Below are positions 38,182 through 48,011 of a stretch of DNA of 64,000 bases, in pieces. The stretch's first letter is position 1; each line of letters begins with the position of its first letter. The notes under the pieces were generated by a model. It worked only from the letters and a program-made list of their open reading frames with translations, was not told where the DNA came from and searched no databases. A program made the position numbers and the translations under genes. Source of the DNA: an uncultured virus (IMG/VR IMGVR_UViG_3300008108_000202) (Duplodnaviria; Heunggongvirae; Uroviricota; Caudoviricetes); the IMG/VR virus record IMGVR_UViG_3300008108_000202. One strand, 5' to 3'.

Positions 38182-38643
38182 TTATCCCATCGTTTCTAAA
38201 TCTCCACCATCAGTTGTAAAGATGTTTTTTGGGACTATCCCATATTGATTTTTGATCCATATTTTAATCCACAGTAAAATATAGAAATGATCACCATTTT
38301 CCATAGTGTTTATTACCTTTAAAATATCATTGGACATAAATAATGTTCCACCATCATTCATTTCCTCCGTTAGGGCAAAATAGTTTAATCCTTCCCTGAA
38401 TCTCAATAATGTATACTCATCATCATATTCATCAACAAAAATTATCTCATCCATATCATTAAACAAATTGAGAAATTTCATTGAGTTTTCTACCCCCAAT
38501 ATTCTAATCAAATTATTAACCCCTCCTACCGAACTTATTGCTTGGGAAAGTCCCGCACCTCTAATAATGGAGATGATCCTTGATCTGAGTCTTTCTTCTC
38601 TGCTTTGCTCTTCCCTTAATATATGTCTAATTCTTTCTTTCAT
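38182..38643 (-). CDS. MKERIRHILREE leader + GG-helix protein
   Basis: Shared leader and VGGVNN. Confidence 0.8.
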   Translation of the reverse strand: MKERIRHILREEQSREERLRSRIISIIRGAGLSQAISSVGGVNNLIRILGVENSMKFLNLFNDMDEIIFVDEYDDEYTLLRFREGLNYFALTEEMNDGGTLFMSNDILKVINTMENGDHFYILLWIKIWIKNQYGIVPKNIFTTDGGDLETMG

Positions 38644-39080
38644 TATTTAATTTCATTTAAATGCTTTGACGTTGTGGAGATAATCATAAAATCTTTTAAA
38701 TTATATTCCTGACCCAACCAATCATATAAGTAATTTATTGTATCATTATTGTTTAATTCAAAATCATCTCTTAGAACATCCACTATTTTAGCATCATCAA
38801 TATAAAGTCTATTTACTATATAACTAAAAACCATCAGGTTATGGTTTTCTTTATATGGATATTTATACAATCCAGATATTTCTTCTGATTCTATTGGTGT
38901 CATTCCATTAAATAGATGTAGGTAATCCATTGGTGTTTCAATATTCATTATTTTTTTAAAATTATCAAAACCACCTACCATTTGAAATGTCTTTTCCACC
39001 CCAAGATCTTTGATCATAGTCATAACTCTATTTTGAATTGATCTTTCTTCTCTTAATATATGTCTAATTCTTTCTTTCAT
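38643..39080 (-). CDS. MKERIRHILREE leader + GG-helix protein
   Basis: Shared leader and VGGFDN. Confidence 0.8.
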   Translation of the reverse strand: MKERIRHILREERSIQNRVMTMIKDLGVEKTFQMVGGFDNFKKIMNIETPMDYLHLFNGMTPIESEEISGLYKYPYKENHNLMVFSYIVNRLYIDDAKIVDVLRDDFELNNNDTINYLYDWLGQEYNLKDFMIISTTSKHLNEIK

Positions 39081-39083
39081 CTT

Positions 39084-39536
39084 TTAATCCGCATATATTA
39101 TATCCCCGCTTGGTAAAAAATAGAGTGCCCTTCGGATATCCCCTTTAATGTTATATTCATTTTTGAACCATAGCTTTATTGTTGATGATCTATCTGATTC
39201 GTTTCTATAAAAATGACTAACCCCCTCAAGTATTCTACTACCCACATATAATTTTATATACCCATAATCTTCTTCATTAAGAACAAATTGAATGACTCCT
39301 TCATCTGTTTTATAAAATATATCATTACCATCAATTTCAATATTTAATCCTTTGAATATTTTCAAGAATTGTATTGGATTATGTATATCTAAAAACCTGA
39401 ACAGATTATCCATACCTCCCACCAAATTCGCCGCAAATTTTGTCCCCTCATTTTTTATCATTGATAATAACTTCTCTTTGAAAACTTCCTTTCTTTCTTC
39501 CCTTAATATTCTTCTTATGGATTCTTGTAGGTTCAT
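39084..39536 (-). CDS. MNLQESIRRILREE leader + GG-helix protein
   Basis: Shared leader and VGGMDN. Confidence 0.8.
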   Translation of the reverse strand: MNLQESIRRILREERKEVFKEKLLSMIKNEGTKFAANLVGGMDNLFRFLDIHNPIQFLKIFKGLNIEIDGNDIFYKTDEGVIQFVLNEEDYGYIKLYVGSRILEGVSHFYRNESDRSSTIKLWFKNEYNIKGDIRRALYFLPSGDIIYAD

Positions 39537-39541
39537 TTTTT

Positions 39542-39856
39542 TTAATGATATAATTTATATAATTGTTTAATTTTACCCTCAAGTACGTTGGAAACTTTTT
39601 TTACAAATTCTATCTCTTCTTGTTCTGGTAAATCTTCCCATCCCAATTCATATTCATTCCACATAATTGCCTCCACGGCTCTTAAAGTTAATTCATATTT
39701 AAATTGTTCATAACTTTCTGTTTCACCATATACTTGTTCGGCGTTTACTGGAAGTAACCTACTAACCTGATCAATATCAATTCTTCTACGAAAGAATTTT
39801 GATTCATTCAATAGTTCTTCTTTTAATATTCTTCTTATGTTCTCTTGTAGGTTCAT
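39542..39856 (-). CDS. MNLQE leader + RR family protein
   Basis: SKFFRRR. Confidence 0.8.
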   Translation of the reverse strand: MNLQENIRRILKEELLNESKFFRRRIDIDQVSRLLPVNAEQVYGETESYEQFKYELTLRAVEAIMWNEYELGWEDLPEQEEIEFVKKVSNVLEGKIKQLYKLYH

Positions 39857-39857
39857 A

Positions 39858-40274
39858 TTAACACCATACTGATGATACTTTTATGTCGTTTCCTCTAACT
39901 ATTCCTTTTCCTAATTCATAAACCATATCTCTAATTTTTTCTTCTAAATCAATTTCTATACTTCTGTTGATCCACGCATCTAAATTGTTTGGGTCACGTA
40001 ATGGAATATTAACAAGAGTTCTAATTGAATGAAACCATTTTGACACTACAAAGTTACATATTGGTTCATTTAAATCGTGTTTTAATATTGTATTAACAAT
40101 AAACATCATATCTTCCTGTGTTCCTTTTAATTCAAGTATTTTATGAACTTTTTCTAACGAACCTATTACATTTGATGCCCTTAAAAACCCATTGTTTTTT
40201 ACCAAATCTCTAACAACACTTTTAAGGGATCTTTCTTCCCTTAATACTCTTCTTATGGATTCTTGTAGGTTCAT
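39858..40274 (-). CDS. MNLQE leader + GG-helix-like protein
   Basis: Shared leader. Confidence 0.8.
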   Translation of the reverse strand: MNLQESIRRVLREERSLKSVVRDLVKNNGFLRASNVIGSLEKVHKILELKGTQEDMMFIVNTILKHDLNEPICNFVVSKWFHSIRTLVNIPLRDPNNLDAWINRSIEIDLEEKIRDMVYELGKGIVRGNDIKVSSVWC

Positions 40275-40745
40275 TTAAAATTTTTTTATTTTAGAGAGTA
40301 CGTTAATGATATTATCTAATTCTGATATAGATAGGTTTTTTAATTTTTCGGCTCCATCATAATAATTTTCCCAATCATACTCCCCCATGTCTTCATCATA
40401 ACCATATTGTTTGTATGTGTAAAATCCGGCAACATAAATATCAATTACTTCCGTAATATATTTAGAATAATCTGTGTTATTATGTCTTGTATTAACAAAA
40501 ATATCGTGGTCTCTAACATCAATATAATCCCCATTTTCTTCACCATATCTTTTCACAATCTCACTTATCAATTCTATCATTTCACTTTTAGTTATATTAT
40601 CTCCATATAGTTTTTTAAACTTACTATAATTCCCTACCGCTCTGATCGTATTTAATACCCCAAACTTATCAATCATGGTCTTTAATTTATCTGTGATTGA
40701 TGACTCTTCCTTTAATATTCTTCTTATGGATTCTTGTAGGTTCAT
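40275..40745 (-). CDS. MNLQE leader + GG-helix-like protein
   Basis: Shared leader; similar to 28473 and 37725 ORFs. Confidence 0.8.
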   Translation of the reverse strand: MNLQESIRRILKEESSITDKLKTMIDKFGVLNTIRAVGNYSKFKKLYGDNITKSEMIELISEIVKRYGEENGDYIDVRDHDIFVNTRHNNTDYSKYITEVIDIYVAGFYTYKQYGYDEDMGEYDWENYYDGAEKLKNLSISELDNIINVLSKIKKF

Positions 40746-40746
40746 A

Positions 40747-41145
40747 TTATTGTTTCGGTATCATTTTTAAATATGGTAGGGGTTTATTCATCATATAATA
40801 TGCTAACGCTCTGTGGTTTCCTTCATTTCCTACCGCTGGATAATCAAGTCCCCTTTTTTTAATGTCTCTAACAAGTTTTCTAATATAGGGGTCTTCCTTT
40901 GCGTTCTCAATATCCCACTCACCAAAAACAGAAAATAAATACTCCTCGTTTTCTTCAGGACTAATTAAAACATATTCATATAAATAATCTTCAGGACCCT
41001 CATCGTAATTATCTTCAAACATAACTTCTATATCTTGTTTTGTTTGTTCAGGTAATTCGTTAAATTCATATGATTCACCAACAACCCCTTTGAACTTATT
41101 GGTTTCCTCCCTTAATATTCTTCTTATGTTTTCTTGTAGGTTCAT
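40747..41145 (-). CDS. MNLQE leader + ParB/Srx-like domain
   Basis: DIKKRGLDYP...EGNHRALA. Confidence 0.7.
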   Translation of the reverse strand: MNLQENIRRILREETNKFKGVVGESYEFNELPEQTKQDIEVMFEDNYDEGPEDYLYEYVLISPEENEEYLFSVFGEWDIENAKEDPYIRKLVRDIKKRGLDYPAVGNEGNHRALAYYMMNKPLPYLKMIPKQ

Positions 41146-41747
41146 TTTGTATAATAAGTAATTATATTAATTGCATGTTTAACAACCATGCTACCCGCAA
41201 GGTTCCACATTTCATCCAGAATTGTGTCGTCACCTTTTATTACCTTTTGAAGTATTTTCTTGTTTAATCTAACAATGTTTTCTTCATTATGTTCTAAACC
41301 ATTTTCTTTTATGATTCTGTGAGATATTATGGGAATCATACTTCTTACATCTTGGATTGCCTGTTTAAACTCACTTTCGGAAGGTTTATTCAATTCTTCC
41401 CTTAATATTCTTCTTATGTTCTCTTGTAGGTTCTCAACTAATCTGTAACTAAATCTTGGTTTTTTTAATATTTTAGCAGCAATTAACCTATGGTAACCAT
41501 CTTCTAAACCTTTTTCATCATAAACCAAATCAGTTATCTTATCGGGGTTATTAATAAAGTGTTTTATTGTCTTTATGTTTTCATTCTTGTGGTCAGATAG
41601 TGAATCCCAATTATCAACAATATCTTGTAAAGTATAATCTTTTAAAGTATTAAACTTTGAATTTTTGTACTTACTAAATTCTTTATTAGTTGATTTAGTT
41701 TTTTTATCTTCCCTTAATATTCTTTTTATGTTCTCTTGTAGGTTCAT
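41142..41747 (-). CDS. Fusion of two leader modules; ParB/Srx-like N-domain
   Basis: EDGYHRLIAA; internal NLQENIRRILREE. Confidence 0.75.
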   Translation of the reverse strand: MNLQENIKRILREDKKTKSTNKEFSKYKNSKFNTLKDYTLQDIVDNWDSLSDHKNENIKTIKHFINNPDKITDLVYDEKGLEDGYHRLIAAKILKKPRFSYRLVENLQENIRRILREELNKPSESEFKQAIQDVRSMIPIISHRIIKENGLEHNEENIVRLNKKILQKVIKGDDTILDEMWNLAGSMVVKHAINIITYYTK

Positions 41748-41776
41748 AATTATAAATATCATATATTTATCTTTAT

Positions 41777-42211
41777 ATGAAAGTTATTATAAACGAAAAT
41801 AGAATGAAGCCAATTCTACGTAAACTTCTTAATATGGTATACGAAGGGTTTGATGATATTTACTATGATTGGGCTGATTATAATTGCGGAATGGGAGTAT
41901 GTTGTGATCCATATGCCGTTGGATTTACTCTACCTAAAAGTCATCATGATGACTATCTATTTAAGTTGGTTGATGGTGAAAAATATGATGATGATGGGGA
42001 TTATCCTGAAGAACTTAAAGGTGATTTACCTGAACCTTGTTATGAACGTCCAGATCTAAAAAATCCTTACTTTGATACCATAATATTTTATGATGATTAT
42101 GCCGAACGAATTAAGAATGTTTTGGGTAATGAAAAAAATTGGGAATTTGTTTTATTGGATGTAATAAATGAAATGTTTGGGTGTGACGCAATTAGAATTA
42201 TTTTTAGATAA
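41777..42211 (+). CDS. Leader protein in inverted orientation
   Basis: MKVIINEN; Cys-rich acidic domain. Confidence 0.75.
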   Translation: MKVIINENRMKPILRKLLNMVYEGFDDIYYDWADYNCGMGVCCDPYAVGFTLPKSHHDDYLFKLVDGEKYDDDGDYPEELKGDLPEPCYERPDLKNPYFDTIIFYDDYAERIKNVLGNEKNWEFVLLDVINEMFGCDAIRIIFR

Positions 42212-42235
42212 ATTAATCCCCACAATTTGACACTA

Positions 42236-42303
42236 CTTTTGAAATAAATAGGTAATTCAGTTTCTTCCCTTAATATTCTTCTTATGGATTCTTGTAGGTT
42301 CAT
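42236..42303 (-). pseudogene. 68-bp duplicate of 5' end of 42300..42632 gene
   Basis: Identical to 42565..42632. Confidence 0.75.
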
Positions 42304-42632
42304 CTAATTTCGTAGAAGTGTTTTAGGTTTTGTTTTGAATAATATTTACTTAAAAAATCCCATAGTTGATTAAATCTGTTGTCACCATCACTGAGTTCTA
42401 ATTCAAAGTTTTCAATTACCTCTTCTATTAAATTTGATGTGACAAGCACATTAAATTTATATGGTGTCATCGCAAATAACTTTTTTTTATTGTCAGTGTA
42501 TCTTTTTGACACCACCTTTAAAACAAATTGATATATTTGTTCAATAGTTTTCATATCTAACCTTCTTTTGAAATAAATAGGTAATTCAGTTTCTTCCCTT
42601 AATATTCTTCTTATGGATTCTTGTAGGTTCAT
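42300..42632 (-). CDS. MNLQE leader + RR family protein
   Basis: LPIYFKRR. Confidence 0.8.
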   Translation of the reverse strand: MNLQESIRRILREETELPIYFKRRLDMKTIEQIYQFVLKVVSKRYTDNKKKLFAMTPYKFNVLVTSNLIEEVIENFELELSDGDNRFNQLWDFLSKYYSKQNLKHFYEIR

Positions 42633-42644
42633 GTCTATTAATTA

Positions 42645-42947
42645 TTACTCATTATTACATTTTGTATCGGTTACCATTGTAAAGAGTTTCAATGGTAATA
42701 TTTTTTTTATAAATTCATTTAATTGATTATCTAAAGTCCAAGGTGATGATCCGTTATATAAAAGCAAAATGACATATAATCCATCTGAAAATACGGCAGC
42801 AACATCACACACATTTTTTTCACCAACATACGCAATTGTTATTTTTTCCAAAGCATCAGAAAATTTACCTCTTTCAACCCCTTCCTTATTGAACTTTTTT
42901 ATTGTTTGTTCTTTGAGGGCTCTTCTTATATTTTTTTTAATTTCCAT
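42645..42947 (-). CDS. Leader protein
   Basis: IKKNIRRALKE. Confidence 0.7.
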   Translation of the reverse strand: MEIKKNIRRALKEQTIKKFNKEGVERGKFSDALEKITIAYVGEKNVCDVAAVFSDGLYVILLLYNGSSPWTLDNQLNEFIKKILPLKLFTMVTDTKCNNE

Positions 42948-42952
42948 ATATT

Positions 42953-43405
42953 TTATTTTACAGTTGCCATTGATGGGTATTGAAATGTTTTCTCCTTAAA
43001 ATTATCAACAAATCTAGCCTTTATTCCGGTTTTAGATATGAAGAAGTCTCCCACCACCGATTGTTTTTGCCAATCTAATTTATATACTCTTGATAGTATA
43101 TTCCATATCTCATCCCAATCAACATACAAAATATTTGATACTGTATCATAAACCATTAAATTCTTACCTGGTTTTCTTCTAAATAAGATCCATTCAGGTT
43201 TTACTTCACTTGGAACCATTTCCAAATCATCAAATATTTTAATATAATCATTTGGGTTTCCGTTAAATGCAATTCTATTAATGCTTTTAACATCAATACC
43301 AATCAACTGTGAAGTTTTTTTTAACCCATATTGTTTAACCATTGAGGTTAACTTACTTTTTAGGGATCTTTCTTCTTTTAATATTTGTCTAATTATTTCT
43401 TTCAT
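42953..43405 (-). CDS. MKEIIRQILKEE leader protein
   Basis: Similar C-domain to 38643..39080. Confidence 0.8.
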   Translation of the reverse strand: MKEIIRQILKEERSLKSKLTSMVKQYGLKKTSQLIGIDVKSINRIAFNGNPNDYIKIFDDLEMVPSEVKPEWILFRRKPGKNLMVYDTVSNILYVDWDEIWNILSRVYKLDWQKQSVVGDFFISKTGIKARFVDNFKEKTFQYPSMATVK

Positions 43406-43995
43406 TTTTTGTCATTACCACTACTATATTTTATTTTACCGAACTCATCTCGTTCCCATTTTCTCCAATCACCATTTGAATCTTTATAAGTTTTTGGCAT
43501 ACCATCTTTATAATATTCATATCGTTTCCAGAATCCATCTGAATTTTCATAATATATCATATTACCGTCATCATCATATTCATTTCTTTCTTTAAATCCT
43601 TTTGAATCAACTGAAAAAACCTGAGATCCAAAATCATTATATTTATTTAAAAACCAATCACCAAAATGTGTTTCATAATATAAAATATTACCATTTTCAT
43701 TAGCAATAGTTTGTCCGAAAGGGGAAACTCTAACAGGTTCACTAAATATATAACTAAAGATCTCTGTGAATAATTCTAAATTATCATCAAGAAAATAAGA
43801 ACGTAATGTTTGAAAATAAGGTGGTTCTATACCAGATAGGACATCATCTATGTCATTCCCAAGGGTCTTTTTTAAATTCTTAAAACCACCAACAGCATTA
43901 ATTGCACGAATCAATCCGTGTTTTGATATAAGATCTTTTATTTTTTGTGTTGACGATCTTTCCTCCCTTAATATTTGTCTAATTATTTCTTTCAT
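43402..43995 (-). CDS. Leader + GG-helix + YD-like repeats
   Basis: EYDDDGNMIYYENSDGFWKRYEY repeats. Confidence 0.8.
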   Translation of the reverse strand: MKEIIRQILREERSSTQKIKDLISKHGLIRAINAVGGFKNLKKTLGNDIDDVLSGIEPPYFQTLRSYFLDDNLELFTEIFSYIFSEPVRVSPFGQTIANENGNILYYETHFGDWFLNKYNDFGSQVFSVDSKGFKERNEYDDDGNMIYYENSDGFWKRYEYYKDGMPKTYKDSNGDWRKWERDEFGKIKYSSGNDKK

Positions 43996-43996
43996 T

Positions 43997-44488
43997 TTAT
44001 CCAATGTGAAAATTATATCGTTTTTGGGATGTTATATCAATTTCAATATCATCCCAATCAAAATTATATTCATTACATAATATCTCACTGAAAGATCTAA
44101 ATAGATATTTAATCTCATATTTTATGTTCCACCAATCATTATGAAAACGAATTTCGTCACCTAATAAATCATATGTTTTATCATATTCATTAACCTCACC
44201 TTCAATTATATCATAATAAAAAATAAGTTCATTATTGTTCGTATTTTCAATATGTTTTAAAGTAAATTTTATTTTATATCCACTCCTGTTTATTGAAAAT
44301 ATTTTTCCAAGTAAATACTTTGAGAGTACAATGGATGGTCTCATTTTTAATATCTTACCTATCGTTTCTATTCCTCCAAAATATAATGATGTTTCTTTTA
44401 ACCCTTTGGTATCAATTAAATGTAATACTCTTTTTTGTAAAGATGTTTCTTCCTTCAATATTTTTATTATGGATTCCCTTAAAATCAT
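43997..44488 (-). CDS. Leader + GG-helix protein
   Basis: MILRESIIKILKEE; C-domain resembles 21450/22010 family. Confidence 0.8.
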   Translation of the reverse strand: MILRESIIKILKEETSLQKRVLHLIDTKGLKETSLYFGGIETIGKILKMRPSIVLSKYLLGKIFSINRSGYKIKFTLKHIENTNNNELIFYYDIIEGEVNEYDKTYDLLGDEIRFHNDWWNIKYEIKYLFRSFSEILCNEYNFDWDDIEIDITSQKRYNFHIG

Positions 44489-44729
44489 ATATTATAAATA
44501 TAACAAAACCCACAATCTATTGGATCATGGGTTTGTAAAACTTGATTTTTTTTAATTATTCAAAATAGAATTTGTCAACAGGAATTCGTTTCTCCATATA
44601 GTTTTTGTTTGTGTATAGTCTTGAAAATGTTATTTTTTTGTAGTATTATAAAAACCAAAAAAAGGTTCATCAAATCCAAGTGCTTTCATTCTTAAAGCAA
44701 GTGGATATGGTACAAATTCATATTCCATA

Positions 44730-44951
44730 TTACTTAATGTTTGTTAGTGGATAAGCATTTAAAAATCTATCTGCAACTAATTCAAAATTTTCCTTAGTTC
44801 TTGGGTAGTACTCATTAGCTGCTTCTTCCAATGCAGCTTCTACATGAAGTTTGGCAAATTCAATCATTACTTCTCTTATATCAAACTCTATACTTGGTAC
44901 ATTTTTATGTTGCAAGTCTAAAAATTCTTCTGCTGTTGGTATTTTTTCCAT
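44730..44951 (-). CDS. Hypothetical phage protein
   Basis: IPTAEEFL...EFAKLHVEAAL. Confidence 0.7.
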   Translation of the reverse strand: MEKIPTAEEFLDLQHKNVPSIEFDIREVMIEFAKLHVEAALEEAANEYYPRTKENFELVADRFLNAYPLTNIK

Positions 44952-44952
44952 A

Positions 44953-45192
44953 CTACTTAATTTTACGATACACAGGTTCTTGTATCAGTTTATACTTAGA
45001 TTCTTTCTCACAGGGAACACATTTCTGAGGAGTTCTGATTGAAAAAAGAGCTATCAGAGAAGTTATATAAACAAAGAACCATATAACATATTTGAATGAT
45101 TGTCCGTTGTTGTCAAACTTAGCAAGTGTTGCCCCAACAGGAATACATAGTATTAAAGCTGCTATTATCTCAATTATCTCCATATCACACAC
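44953..45192 (-). CDS. Two-TM membrane protein
   Basis: Hydrophobic segments. Confidence 0.6.
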   Translation of the reverse strand: MCDMEIIEIIAALILCIPVGATLAKFDNNGQSFKYVIWFFVYITSLIALFSIRTPQKCVPCEKESKYKLIQEPVYRKIK

Positions 45193-45442
45193 GTTTTAAA
45201 ATTAAAAAATTACATATTAATAATACAAATATATAAAAATTGTTTGGATCCACAAAATTAAACCCAAACAATTTTCTTTTTACCAACACCACAATTTAAA
45301 GATTTAGTTAACTCATCAATGAATTCTTTTTCACTTACTTTACAATATTGATCACTCTCATTATCAAAATTCATTACCATTTTAAAATACTCAAGAATTG
45401 ATTTGTCCATCTTTACTATTTGTACATTATCTTTCATAATTT

Positions 45443-45769
45443 TTATTTTTGTTTATTATACCAATTAATGAATTTCACAACACCATCAAAAGCGATATTT
45501 ATTTCACAAGAAAAAACAGTTTCTTCAAGATCCCTAAGTATGTAAATATCATTTGCGTCTTTTGGATTACTCAATAGGTTCTTACACGTTTTAACTACTG
45601 GCATCAACCATTCCCAAGACTTATTATATTTCATTTCATTAGGCTCTAAGAAAGGAAAATCCAAATCATAAAAATAGTATCTATCATCATTTATACCTTC
45701 GTGATATCTAAGTGTTTTAATACCCATAAAGTCCGCGATCATTACATTCTTTTCTTCAATTGTTACCAT
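45443..45769 (-). CDS. Hypothetical phage protein
   Basis: IADFMG...SWEWLMPVV. Confidence 0.72.
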   Translation of the reverse strand: MVTIEEKNVMIADFMGIKTLRYHEGINDDRYYFYDLDFPFLEPNEMKYNKSWEWLMPVVKTCKNLLSNPKDANDIYILRDLEETVFSCEINIAFDGVVKFINWYNKQK

Positions 45770-45774
45770 ATCTT

Positions 45775-46137
45775 TTATTTTTCTCGTTCAATAAATTCAA
45801 TTAACTTTTCAAGACAAGCAATCTCTGCAAGTTCAAATGTCTCATATAAGTCACCGTAGTATATCCTGTCCTTTTGAAAGTTATCAAGTGTATAACTCCA
45901 ATTATTTTTTGTCACTTGGTTTATTTTGATTGTCCACAGGTAGTTTTCTCTAAACCACCTAAATGCTTGTGAGAATGTTGGGGCTAAAACATTTGTTTCT
46001 GCCACATTGTTTGGATTTACATATTTAATTTTACCTAATTCCTTAAATCCGCCCATATAAAAACTAAAACAAGGTTCATCAAAACCCAATTGTTTCAATT
46101 TTAAAGCGTGGTCATAAGGTACAAATTCTTTTTCCAT
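45775..46137 (-). CDS. Hypothetical phage protein
   Basis: EFVPY..ALKLK.LGFDEPC...APTFSQAFRWFRE; truncated paralog near 44630..44728. Confidence 0.75.
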   Translation of the reverse strand: MEKEFVPYDHALKLKQLGFDEPCFSFYMGGFKELGKIKYVNPNNVAETNVLAPTFSQAFRWFRENYLWTIKINQVTKNNWSYTLDNFQKDRIYYGDLYETFELAEIACLEKLIEFIEREK

Positions 46138-46238
46138 ATCTCTTAGTCTTTTCTATTTATATTAATACCTATGATAATTCCCGTGATTATCCCAATCGCT
46201 AACATTAATGTTTCTATATTCATATCTCTTATTGTTTA

Positions 46239-46511
46239 TTACTCATTAATAACTTCTTTAGCCAGTCTTAAAATACAATCTTTGTATGACTCTGTTTCAA
46301 CTGAACCGTAGGTTTTACCCCAAAGACCAGTAACGATTACTTGTGTCTCTTTAAACGGTAATGGTTCATTAATTTTGGTTTTACCTAACACCAATAACAT
46401 ACCTTCAATCGCACCCAATCGTCTTAGAATATCTTTACTATTGTGTTTTTGATCGTGCATGTTAATAATGATAATTGAAATGTCTTTTTTGATTTCTTCT
46501 CTGGTCTTCAT
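46239..46511 (-). CDS. Hypothetical protein
   Basis: Start reassigned after TATCTTTG promoter. Confidence 0.65.
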   Translation of the reverse strand: MKTREEIKKDISIIIINMHDQKHNSKDILRRLGAIEGMLLVLGKTKINEPLPFKETQVIVTGLWGKTYGSVETESYKDCILRLAKEVINE

Positions 46512-46598
46512 ATCTCTTATTGTTTCTACAAAGATACAACGCAAATAAAAAACCCACAACCTGTTAAAGTGTGGGTTTTGATTATTGTTATTATTATA

Positions 46599-47246
46599 TT
46601 ATTTTTTATTTGAAATATTATAGAAGTAGTCATCGTTATCATCAACCGCCCATTTATTACCATCTTCACAATAAAATTCTTTTGTTGATACTTTAAAGTC
46701 AGGAGTTTTTATTCCACCAGGTGTTAAAGATTGATCATAAAATAGAACCCTATTGTTTGGTTGAGCAGCAAATTGACCATTATCCAATTTGATTATGTTG
46801 AATGATTTGTGTTCATTTGGAGTTTCAGATAATGACACATTTAACTCGTTTGGATCTGAATGGCAGGAGTCTATTGTGAATATATATGTACCATTGTACA
46901 TTTTCTTATTCTTCATAAATACCTTACAAGTTAACCCTGATAATGTGGATTTTTTTATTACCGTTATATTATACGAGAATGCGTCCCATATCTCAAGATG
47001 ATCAAGAGGTAATTGTTCTTCATTATTTATATCTGTTTTCCAAACATATGCAGATATAGGAAGTTTATCATATAATGCCCCATAATTAGAAAGATACGAT
47101 TCTATATATAATGCTTTACCTTTAATTGATTTAACCGATACCCAATAACAAGGTTCAAATTCTCCAAATCCTTTTTGTAAGTCGTACAGGTATTCTTTTT
47201 TAACGAAACATTGTATTGGCGGTAAATTAGCAACTAAATAACTCAT
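46599..47246 (-). CDS. Conserved-looking hypothetical phage protein
   Basis: 215 aa; LDNGQFAAQPNNR. Confidence 0.8.
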   Translation of the reverse strand: MSYLVANLPPIQCFVKKEYLYDLQKGFGEFEPCYWVSVKSIKGKALYIESYLSNYGALYDKLPISAYVWKTDINNEEQLPLDHLEIWDAFSYNITVIKKSTLSGLTCKVFMKNKKMYNGTYIFTIDSCHSDPNELNVSLSETPNEHKSFNIIKLDNGQFAAQPNNRVLFYDQSLTPGGIKTPDFKVSTKEFYCEDGNKWAVDDNDDYFYNISNKK

Positions 47247-47368
47247 ACATATAAATATCTTTTCAGATTATTTATATTAACCAAACATAAAATAACCCAA
47301 AGCAATACCAGCAAACACTCCAACAATAGTACCTATAAAATACCATTTCTCATTAAAATCTTTCATAA

Positions 47369-47668
47369 TTATGAACATTTTTTATCAAATTTTTTTATAT
47401 ATTTTCTACCTCCATTATCAGAGATTATTCTTTTTACGTAGTTGTATATATCCGTATTATACTCTGATTCATCTATTATTTTTGTGTTATATAATCTATC
47501 AAAGGTGTTATCGGCTAATGTATTAAAAAAGTCTTCGCCATTAAAAAAATACACACATATGTCATCGTGGTTCAAATATCTATCACCGATTTCTTGAATT
47601 ATTTCCATTATAACTCGTGTTCTTCTAATTAACTTTGTTGGTATTTTTTCTGAACTCATATTACTCAA
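47369..47668 (-). CDS. RR-family protein
   Basis: IPTKLIRR. Confidence 0.7.
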   Translation of the reverse strand: MSNMSSEKIPTKLIRRTRVIMEIIQEIGDRYLNHDDICVYFFNGEDFFNTLADNTFDRLYNTKIIDESEYNTDIYNYVKRIISDNGGRKYIKKFDKKCS

Positions 47669-48011
47669 TAATAAATCTAATAATAATTCTCACATTACCT
47701 TCTCTTTTAATCCCCGACCTAACCAATGACTTGATCAAATTATTTAAATTAATACCATAATTTGACATTTCAGGTGTGACTCCATCAAAAATATAAACAA
47801 CATCTCTTACCACATAATTTATATCGTTCAGATATCCATAATCAATATATGAATCAGGAAAGGTCTCATCAAGAGTTTTGAGATCAACACTCACGAAAAC
47901 AGCATATAAAGGAATATAATCAAGCGTACCAGTATCTTTTATTTCAATACCAGTAATAAACTTGTATTTTGCTCGTAATACTTTTGTTATTAATTGTTCT
48001 AACTTATTCAT
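47661..48011 (-). CDS. YPFI-family protein
   Basis: AKYKFITGI...TFPDSYID. Confidence 0.72.
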   Translation of the reverse strand: MNKLEQLITKVLRAKYKFITGIEIKDTGTLDYIPLYAVFVSVDLKTLDETFPDSYIDYGYLNDINYVVRDVVYIFDGVTPEMSNYGINLNNLIKSLVRSGIKREGNVRIIIRFIIE

